Origin: Actinomycetes bacterium
GTDB taxonomy: Bacteria; Actinomycetota; Actinomycetes; S36-B12; UBA5976
Direction: 5' to 3'
Assembly: GCA_014190035.1 (NCBI GenBank)
Contig: BJFU01000001.1
Coordinates: forward strand, 14,135-78,134
DNA length: 64,000 nt
The position numbers were made by a program, and so were the translations under genes. This document shows, piece by piece, positions 46,935-54,107 of the stretch (its first letter is position 1; the number at the start of each line of letters is the position of its first letter). The notes under the pieces were generated by a model. The model ran no database searches. It saw only the letters and a program-made list of their open reading frames with translations, and was not told the origin of the DNA.

Positions 46935-47948
46935 CTACAACGCTTCAGCTTTTGCAGTGCTATGAACATCGATAACTCTAGTTTGAGAAAGCTCTTCTTC
47001 TGATATTTGCAAATTCTTATCCATAAGTTTTTCAGTTGCTTCAATGAGATTTCGTGCGCTCATTCCATATTTGTGAAGTAAATACTTTTGGGATGCTCCA
47101 TGAGCGTAAGTATCTTTCAAACCAATCTTGATTAGTTTCTTACCAATTCCGTGTTCTGCGATTAGATCAGCAACGGCACTTCCTAAACCACCAATCACGC
47201 TGTGGTTTTCCATGGTGATTACTCCATATTTACTTGACTTAAGGCTTTCAATTACTTGAGGATCGGTGAAAGGTTTCAAAGTTGAAATGTGAAGATGTTG
47301 CACACTCACACCGTGTTCCTTAAGTGCAGGAATCGCTCTTAAAGCTTCTTCGGTGGAAATTCCAGAACTTAAAATTGTTACATCCGTTCCTGTACTCAAA
47401 ACACGTGCTTTATTAAATTCCATAACTTCATTTTTTGGAAAAATTCTAGATATTTCTCCCCGAAGCATTCTTATATAAACTGGACCATTAATTTTGTGTG
47501 CCACCTCTAGCACAGATTCAACTTCTGTTGCATCGCCAGTTTCTAGGATTGTCATATTTGGTATTCCACGCATAACGTTCACGTCATCAATTGCTTGATG
47601 GGTTACGCCTCCTGGAGTTGTGATTCCAGGCAAAAAACCAACCATTCTCACGGGAAGATTTGGGTAAGCCACTGACATCTGAAGTTGATCAAGAGGTCTT
47701 CTATAAATAAAGACAGCAAAAGTATGAATCCAGGGCTCAAATCCTTCTCGAGCTAATCCGCTAGCAAAACCGAGCATGTTTTGCTCACCTAGGCCAAAAG
47801 AAAAGAATCTATCTGGGAAAGTATCTCTAAATTTGCCGACTTCGCAAGAACTGGTTAAGTCTGCTGATAAAACTACAACTTCTGGTTTGAATTTACTCCA
47901 TCTGACAAAGTTTTCAACGTGTGGTCTTTTAACTATTTCGTAAGCCAT
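46935..47948 (-). CDS. transketolase, C-terminal (pyrimidine-binding plus C-terminal domain) subunit
   Basis: Split-transketolase B-subunit profile (FFSFGLGEQNMLGFASGLA, GVTHQAIDD). Confidence 0.88.
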   Translation of the reverse strand: MAYEIVKRPHVENFVRWSKFKPEVVVLSADLTSSCEVGKFRDTFPDRFFSFGLGEQNMLGFASGLAREGFEPWIHTFAVFIYRRPLDQLQMSVAYPNLPVRMVGFLPGITTPGGVTHQAIDDVNVMRGIPNMTILETGDATEVESVLEVAHKINGPVYIRMLRGEISRIFPKNEVMEFNKARVLSTGTDVTILSSGISTEEALRAIPALKEHGVSVQHLHISTLKPFTDPQVIESLKSSKYGVITMENHSVIGGLGSAVADLIAEHGIGKKLIKIGLKDTYAHGASQKYLLHKYGMSARNLIEATEKLMDKNLQISEEELSQTRVIDVHSTAKAEAL

Positions 47949-47949
47949 T

Positions 47950-48870
47950 TTATTTCCATGCTTTCAAGAAATTGTTGTATTTGATTTTTTCAAAAGGGTT
48001 AGCAAATCTAACGTAGTGAAGTGCATCTGGTCTATCTTTTAATATTTCAATTCCCTTTGCAGGATCTGTATAACCAAGAATTACTTTAGGTTTATCTTTG
48101 GCAGAAAATCCAGATTGCAATATTTGATTTATATCGTTGCCATCAATCTTGTCAACATCCCAACCAAAACTTTTAATTCTGTCAATCAATGGTTCAATTG
48201 ACATAACTTTTTCCATTGGACCGTCTACTTGGTTTCTGTTTACATCAACAATTATTCGAATATTATTTAATTCATGAAAACTAATTGCAGATAATGCTTC
48301 CCAGGTTTGTCCTTCTTGAAATTCTCCATCTGACATAAATATCCAAGTTTTTCCTGATTCACCACGTAACTTTCTTGCTAAGGCAACTCCTCCAGCTTGT
48401 GAAATAGCTTGGGCCAGGGAACCTGTAGTTGTTTCAAATCCTGGGGAATGCTCAGCACCAATCATTTCTACAGTTGTGCCATCTTTATTAAATTTCTCTA
48501 ATGACTTTTCAGTTAATCTTCCTGTTTCGATTAGTGCTGCGTAAATAACTAATGCGTAATGAGCTGGGCTGATAAATAGACGATCTAAATCTGGACCTTT
48601 TTTGCCGTGAAATTCTGCACCTGTTATGTAGTCAGTGAAATTTTTACTGGGCACATTTACAAAATCACGTGGTTCTAAAGGTGCTGAAAGAGGGGAAAGG
48701 TTAACAAGATTTGTGTATAGGCAGGCAAGAATTTCGGCAGAGGAACAAGCTTGGCTTAAATAGCCACCATTGTTTTTAACGGTGTGCTCAAGAACTCGAT
48801 GACGAATTCCATGGGCGATAGAGGCGATTTTCTCTATATCCACCTGTGTATTTGACTTAGATATGCTCAT
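47950..48870 (-). CDS. transketolase, N-terminal (thiamine diphosphate-binding) subunit
   Basis: GGYLSQACSSAEIL and the ThDP motif FMSDGEFQEGQTWEA. Confidence 0.88.
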   Translation of the reverse strand: MSISKSNTQVDIEKIASIAHGIRHRVLEHTVKNNGGYLSQACSSAEILACLYTNLVNLSPLSAPLEPRDFVNVPSKNFTDYITGAEFHGKKGPDLDRLFISPAHYALVIYAALIETGRLTEKSLEKFNKDGTTVEMIGAEHSPGFETTTGSLAQAISQAGGVALARKLRGESGKTWIFMSDGEFQEGQTWEALSAISFHELNNIRIIVDVNRNQVDGPMEKVMSIEPLIDRIKSFGWDVDKIDGNDINQILQSGFSAKDKPKVILGYTDPAKGIEILKDRPDALHYVRFANPFEKIKYNNFLKAWK

Positions 48871-48894
48871 TTCGCTTCAGCATAGCAAAGAGAA

Positions 48895-48911
48895 TAGTTG
48901 TCCTACAAGTT
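48895..48911. promoter_or_regulatory. candidate GntR operator (site 2), overlapping a putative leaderless promoter of the transketolase-RLP operon
   Basis: TAGTTGTCCTACAAGTT matches 15 of 17 positions of the reverse complement of site 1. In gene sense the region reads TTGTAG, then 18 nt, then TATGCT, then 8 nt, then ATG, with no Shine-Dalgarno. Confidence 0.55.
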
Positions 48912-48925
48912 AAATTTAAAAGTAA

Positions 48926-48961
48926 AATGCCCTCGTAAGATTCACGAGGGCATTCTTTTTT
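48926..48961 (-). terminator. rho-independent terminator downstream of whiB (bidirectional in form)
   Basis: AATGCCCTCGT-AAGATTC-ACGAGGGCATT, flanked by CTTTTTT on the + side and a T-rich run on the minus side. Confidence 0.75.
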
Positions 48962-48987
48962 GGAGGGTAAAATAGTTGAGGGAAGTC

Positions 48988-49287
48988 TTAACCAGCGACT
49001 GGTAAAACTTCTTTTACTGGGGCATAGATGGCTTCGCGGTCATCTTCACTCATGGCACCCCAGACGCCGTATGGCTCACGAACAGCTAAAGCGTGTTCTG
49101 CACATTGGCGAAGAACTGGGCAGGTGGCACAAATGGATTTAGCTAGCGCGATTCTGTTCTCGCGAGCAGGTCCGCGTTCACCTTCAGGATGAAAGAAGAT
49201 CTCAGGATCTTCTCCACGACATGCCCCTTTTAGCTGCCAGTCCCATAGATCAGAGTTGGGTCCTGGAAGACGGGTTACATCAGCCAT
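48988..49287 (-). CDS. whiB: WhiB family redox-sensing transcriptional regulator (WhiB3/WhiD-like)
   Basis: LPGPNSDLWDWQLKGACRGEDPEIFFHPEGERG...AKSICATCPVLRQCAEHAL...YGVWGAMSEDDR. Four Cys and the GVWG turn. Confidence 0.92.
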   Translation of the reverse strand: MADVTRLPGPNSDLWDWQLKGACRGEDPEIFFHPEGERGPARENRIALAKSICATCPVLRQCAEHALAVREPYGVWGAMSEDDREAIYAPVKEVLPVAG

Positions 49288-49431
49288 GTTTTTCCTTTGG
49301 TTGAAGCGATTGTTTTAACAATACGATATTGTTCATAACTTAGTCAATCATCCCCCCTGACTAATATTGTGAAGTCTCTCTCATGGGCATACGATTGGCC
49401 AAAGTTGTTCAACCGGGGGAGAATTGCCTTC

Positions 49432-50424
49432 ATGGCCGACGAAAACGTTGCAGAAATCTCCTTGGGTTGGACCGTGGCCGTGGTGGCCAGACGAGTTGGT
49501 GTTGCTCCGGCAACCCTTCGTACCTGGGAGCGCCGATATGGAATATGTCCCAGTGATCGCTCCAGTGGTGGACATCGTCGCTACTGCATAACCGATGTTG
49601 CTCGTCTTGAATTAATGAGACGTTTAGTTTTGTCAGGAATGCCTGCTGGTGAAGCAGCGCGGGTGGCATTGAAATCTGAATTCAGTGATGTTCGAGAAAT
49701 ATCTTTAATCGATTCCAATTCTTTGGGTAACAAAATTGATTCGGTTTTTAATGATTTAAATCTTGAGTCAGATTTTGGTCATCCCGGTGGTGGTTCGGTT
49801 TTGTCGATGCAAGGCGCCCCGGCAATTGCCAGAGGTCTTGCAAAAGCTGCTTATTCACTTGATACCCAAGCTTGCACACAATTAATTCAAAACAGTATTC
49901 ATGCTCGCGGTGTAATTTGGACGTGGGAAAAATTGCTACTCCCAGTTTTAATTGCCCTTGGTAAGAAATGGGAATTGACTGGAGAGGGAATTGAATCTGA
50001 ACACATTTTAAGTGAATGCATTATTGGCCAGATGAAACAAATTTCAGATCAATTAATTGCTCCTGTAAACATGCGTCCAGTGCTACTTGCTTCTGCGCAA
50101 GATGATTTACACACCATTCCACAATATGTTGCTGCAGCTGCCTTAGCCGAAAGAAGAATTGGCAGCAGAACTCTTGGTGCCAGAGTTCCTTACACCTCTT
50201 TATTAAGTGCGATGAAAAAATTAGCGCCTGCTGCAGTTTTAATATGGGGACAAGTCCCAGTGAAAACTCTTCCTCCTGAATTTTCAGAACTAATCAATGC
50301 ACGCCCCACACCACTTTTATTGGTGGCAGGACCAGGTTGGCCGGATCATTTGCCCCAAGGTTTCAAACGAGCAGGAGATCTGACTTCAACGATCACAGCA
50401 ATTAGTAATGCTGTGGGCCAATAA
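49432..50424 (+). CDS. MerR family regulator with CarH/LitR-like cobalamin-binding-type C-terminal region
   Basis: MerR HTH (WTVAVVARRVGVAPATLRTWERRYG). W-x9-E-H motif (WELTGEGIESEH) and, 36 residues later, DLHTIP in place of the D/E-x-H-x-x-G B12 motif. ATG 49432 is preferred over GTG 49369. Confidence 0.7.
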   Translation: MADENVAEISLGWTVAVVARRVGVAPATLRTWERRYGICPSDRSSGGHRRYCITDVARLELMRRLVLSGMPAGEAARVALKSEFSDVREISLIDSNSLGNKIDSVFNDLNLESDFGHPGGGSVLSMQGAPAIARGLAKAAYSLDTQACTQLIQNSIHARGVIWTWEKLLLPVLIALGKKWELTGEGIESEHILSECIIGQMKQISDQLIAPVNMRPVLLASAQDDLHTIPQYVAAAALAERRIGSRTLGARVPYTSLLSAMKKLAPAAVLIWGQVPVKTLPPEFSELINARPTPLLLVAGPGWPDHLPQGFKRAGDLTSTITAISNAVGQ

Positions 50425-50476
50425 ACACCTATATTTAAAGAAACTTTTTAAACCTTTTCTACGTCACAAGTTAGTA

Positions 50477-51061
50477 ATGAAGGCATTGATTTTTGATTTA
50501 AATCCAATAACTCTCGAACTAGTTAAAAGTAAGGTCTCAAATTCAAAGCAGATATCAGAAATCTATTCATGCAATAGTGCTAAAAACTTTTCGCACTTAA
50601 TTGAAAGTAAAAATCCACAATTTGTATTTTTGAATCAAGAAGCTTCAAGCAAAATCAAGCAAAAACATCAGGTATCTAATAGGAGTTTTGTTCTAATTGT
50701 CAAACCCAATCAAATAATTGAATTAGATCACAAAGCCTTGCAAATTGTTGATGCCTTAATTCAAACCGAAGCCACAGATCTAGAATTTCAAATTTTGATC
50801 TCAGCGCTGAAACTTGAAATGGGTAAATCCCGCCCCAGTCCCAAATTAAAGGCTCCCAAAGGAAGTCCACCCAGGCTTACTCCTCGAGAAATTCAAATTT
50901 TGCACTACCTATCTCTAGGCAAAAGTGATTTAGCCATTTCAAATCAACTCCAGGTTGGTTTGCCAACGGTCAAGACTCACGAGAGAAGAATCTTTTCTAA
51001 GTTACAAGTGAACAATCGAACCCATGGGGTTGCCCAAGGGATTCGATGGAACATCATCTGA
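50477..51061 (+). CDS. LuxR-family HTH regulator with degenerate receiver-like N-terminus
   Basis: C-terminal LTPREIQILHYLSLGKSDLAISNQLQVGLPTVKTHERRIFSKLQV. ATG 50477 is preferred. Confidence 0.7.
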   Translation: MKALIFDLNPITLELVKSKVSNSKQISEIYSCNSAKNFSHLIESKNPQFVFLNQEASSKIKQKHQVSNRSFVLIVKPNQIIELDHKALQIVDALIQTEATDLEFQILISALKLEMGKSRPSPKLKAPKGSPPRLTPREIQILHYLSLGKSDLAISNQLQVGLPTVKTHERRIFSKLQVNNRTHGVAQGIRWNII

Positions 51062-51118
51062 CATTAAGACTTTGTGGGTAACTAAGTCAGCGCATTCTGG
51101 CTTTGCAAGATAGGCTTC

Positions 51119-52243
51119 ATGATTGTGACTGAAGTCGAAATTGGTGGCACCAAGCGTGGTCGAATCGCATACTCATTCGACGATATTGCGCTAGTTCCAA
51201 CTAGAAGAACTAGAAATCCTGAAGACGTTTCCACTAACTGGAAAATTGATGCTTACGATTTTTCTTTTCCAATCATGGCCGCTCCTATGGATTCGGTTGT
51301 TTCACCTGATGTTGCAATAAGTTATGGCAAATTAGGTGGCTTAGCAGTTTTAGATTTAGAAGGTTTATGGACTCGTTACGAAGATCCACAAAGTGAATTC
51401 AAAAAAATTGCTGATGCTAAATCAAACTCAGCAGTTGAACTATTACAACAGATTTATTCAGCACCGATAAAACCAGAATTGATAAAGGAAAGAATTAAAC
51501 AAATTAAATCAGCAGGAGTAATCGCTGCTGCATCTTTATCTCCACGCGCAGTTGTTAAACATTTTAAATCAGTAGTTGAAGCAGGCATTGATATTTTTGT
51601 AATTCGTGGATCCACTGTTAGTGCTGAACATGTTTCAACAGGGGATGAACCATTAAATCTTAAAAAATTTATTTATGAATTAGATGTTCCAGTAATAGTG
51701 GGCGGATGTGCATCGCATCAAGCAGGTTTGCATTTAATGAGAACAGGGGCAGCTGGAGTTTTAGTTGGCTTTGGTGGCGGAGCAGCTCATACAACTGCTG
51801 ATGTTTTGGGAGTAAGAGTTCCAATGGCAACAGCAGTAGCCGATGTTGCTGCTGCAAGAAGAGAATATTTAGATGAATCTGAAGGAAGATATGTTCACGT
51901 AATTGCTGATGGATCTGTGGGCAAAAGTGGTGACATTAGTAAAGCAATTGCTATGGGTGCAGATGCAGTAATGATTGGTTCAGCGTTAGCTCGATCAAAT
52001 AGTGCACCAGGTGGTGGAAAACATTGGGGATCAGAAGCTGTTCATAAAGATTTACCCCGTGGTCAAGTTGTGGAATTAGGAGTTGCCGGCACTTTAGAGC
52101 AAATTCTTTTTGGTCCATCAACAAATGCAGAAGGAACACTTAATTTGGTTGGAGCATTAAAACAAGCGATGGCTACAACTGGTTACAGCGATTTGAAAGA
52201 ATTACAAAGAATTGAAGTGGTAGTAAATTCCGTTAGATCTTAA
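51119..52243 (+). CDS. GuaB3-type IMP dehydrogenase-related protein (no CBS insert)
   Basis: FDDIALVPTRRT..., PIMAAPMDSV, 374 aa. Same position relative to whiB3 as mycobacterial guaB3. Confidence 0.82.
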   Translation: MIVTEVEIGGTKRGRIAYSFDDIALVPTRRTRNPEDVSTNWKIDAYDFSFPIMAAPMDSVVSPDVAISYGKLGGLAVLDLEGLWTRYEDPQSEFKKIADAKSNSAVELLQQIYSAPIKPELIKERIKQIKSAGVIAAASLSPRAVVKHFKSVVEAGIDIFVIRGSTVSAEHVSTGDEPLNLKKFIYELDVPVIVGGCASHQAGLHLMRTGAAGVLVGFGGGAAHTTADVLGVRVPMATAVADVAAARREYLDESEGRYVHVIADGSVGKSGDISKAIAMGADAVMIGSALARSNSAPGGGKHWGSEAVHKDLPRGQVVELGVAGTLEQILFGPSTNAEGTLNLVGALKQAMATTGYSDLKELQRIEVVVNSVRS

Positions 52244-52968
52244 TTAACTTTAAACGTAACACTTACTACCGCTCTCACACTCTTATCGATAGTTGATGTG
52301 TCATAACTTCCATAATCTGATTCAACTGAATCTGGTGGATTAACTTGTACAGATCCACTTGAACCTGAAATTGGATCTCCCACAGTTCCACCAATTGCAG
52401 CAACCATTGCAGTTGCTCTAGTTTTTGCATCGGCTACAGCTTCTTCAATAACTTTTGGTCTAAGTTCTGCCAAATTAGATAAGTAATATTCAGGAGTTCC
52501 AGAACTTGCTGATATTCCTGTTTGTAGAACCTGACCAATATTTTCAGTTGCTAGTTTTACTTTCTGTACTTCTTTAGTTCTTATTCGTAAAGAATTATTT
52601 GCCACATATCCAACAATGTTGGAGGTTTGTGTTCCATTTGCTACTTCGTAAGCAGTCGAAGTTGAAACACCATAAGAGGTAATTTCTTGAGCTGAGATTC
52701 CTTGCGAAACCAGATATGCAACGAGTGCTTTTGTGTCAGAGTCAACTTTTGCAACTGCCTCTGAAATTGAGGGAAGTTGGGTATTGATATAGATATTCCA
52801 AACAGCAGTATCAGCTGTTGCTTCCACTTGAGCAGATCCAGTGACAGTTATTCCTTTTCTACCCTTATCGCTTAACCCTCCCGAGACAAACAATAAACCA
52901 AAGAAAATTCCTAGAGAGACAACTATTGAACTTGCCATAACGGTAATTAAGACGCTGCGTGTTTTCAT
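52240..52968 (-). CDS. SIMPL domain (DUF541) protein with N-terminal TM helix
   Basis: DUF541-like profile (VTGSAQVEATADTAVWNIYI...LRIRTKEVQKV). Confidence 0.65.
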   Translation of the reverse strand: MKTRSVLITVMASSIVVSLGIFFGLLFVSGGLSDKGRKGITVTGSAQVEATADTAVWNIYINTQLPSISEAVAKVDSDTKALVAYLVSQGISAQEITSYGVSTSTAYEVANGTQTSNIVGYVANNSLRIRTKEVQKVKLATENIGQVLQTGISASSGTPEYYLSNLAELRPKVIEEAVADAKTRATAMVAAIGGTVGDPISGSSGSVQVNPPDSVESDYGSYDTSTIDKSVRAVVSVTFKVN

Positions 52969-52990
52969 AATTTCAACTTATCACAGGCGT

Positions 52991-53350
52991 ATGTTTATAA
53001 ATATGGACGTTACTTATAAATCGTTTGTGTTAGCGCACTTTATCGGTTTAGCTGCTTTATTTGGCGGATTCTTTGTACAGATGAAATCAAAAACAAAAGT
53101 AGTAAACCCTGCAATGTTTCACGGAGCATTGACCCAATTAGTAACAGGTGTGGCCTTAGTTGGATTAGCAGAATCCGGTGCTGTTGATGAAGAATTAAAC
53201 ATGACCAAAATTTCCATTAAATTATTGGTTGTTTTGATTATCACAATTTTAGTTTTCATCAATCGCAAAAAAGCTGCAGTTTCTACTGGACTCTGGGCAA
53301 TGATTGGTTTACTAACACTGGCAAATATGGCAGTGGCGGTTTACGTTTAA
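52991..53350 (+). CDS. small integral membrane protein (hypothetical)
   Basis: Four hydrophobic helices. ATG 52991 or 53003 is preferred; the upstream part of track ORF 52841..53350 is antisense to the SIMPL gene. Confidence 0.5.
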   Translation: MFINMDVTYKSFVLAHFIGLAALFGGFFVQMKSKTKVVNPAMFHGALTQLVTGVALVGLAESGAVDEELNMTKISIKLLVVLIITILVFINRKKAAVSTGLWAMIGLLTLANMAVAVYV

Positions 53351-54084
53351 GCGTCAACCTCAAAAAACATTTCAGCGAACCTGCCTTCGGGCAGGTTCGC
53401 TGCTTTTGAGGCCATAGTCATCCAACCGGTAACTCTTTCTCTTAAATCTGTTACGTGAGCAGTTTGAGATTTGTGAGATTCAAGTGCTTGGAATTTCAAT
53501 TCAATATTTTCGGTTACATCTAAGTATCTAGTTGGTGAGTGATGAGACATCACCCAAATTTTGGGAACATTCCAAGGTTCTAAACCTTCTTTTAGTAAAT
53601 GTGGGAAAGCAAATTGGTTTCTTGCATCTGGATAAACAGCTTGCACTGCAACTTCGCCAACCGCCATGTGATCGGGGTGTGAAGCAGGCATACGAGCCCA
53701 GTTTCTTTCAGGAGATTGGGTGATCAAGATGTCTGGCTTTGCCATTCTTATAACTCTGACAAATTCTTCTCTTAAAGAAAGACTTGGCACGATTGATCCA
53801 TCATCTTTTCCTAAATAATGAATTGTGTTAACACCTAGTATTTTTCCAGCCGCACTTTGTTCAACTCTTCTTATCTTTCGCATTTCTGCTCTACTAATTG
53901 ATTCATCTTCGCCACCTTGATGACCATCAGTTGTGATGCAATAAGTAACTTCTACGCCAAGTTTTGTAAGTGTGGCAACAGTTCCACCAGCACCAAAATC
54001 AACATCATCAGGATGTGCAGTGATAACTAATACTTTGGAACCAGATTTAGGTAGCTCTAGTGGTGTTAGAACAGGTGAACTCAT
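53347..54084 (-). CDS. PIG-L/LmbE family deacetylase (MshB/Mca-like)
   Basis: VLVITAHPDDVDFGAGGT and HPDH motifs. ATG 54084 is preferred over 54180, which would overlap pcrA. Confidence 0.78.
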   Translation of the reverse strand: MSSPVLTPLELPKSGSKVLVITAHPDDVDFGAGGTVATLTKLGVEVTYCITTDGHQGGEDESISRAEMRKIRRVEQSAAGKILGVNTIHYLGKDDGSIVPSLSLREEFVRVIRMAKPDILITQSPERNWARMPASHPDHMAVGEVAVQAVYPDARNQFAFPHLLKEGLEPWNVPKIWVMSHHSPTRYLDVTENIELKFQALESHKSQTAHVTDLRERVTGWMTMASKAANLPEGRFAEMFFEVDA

Positions 54085-54107
54085 AGGTAACAACTTAGAC
54101 TTAAGCA

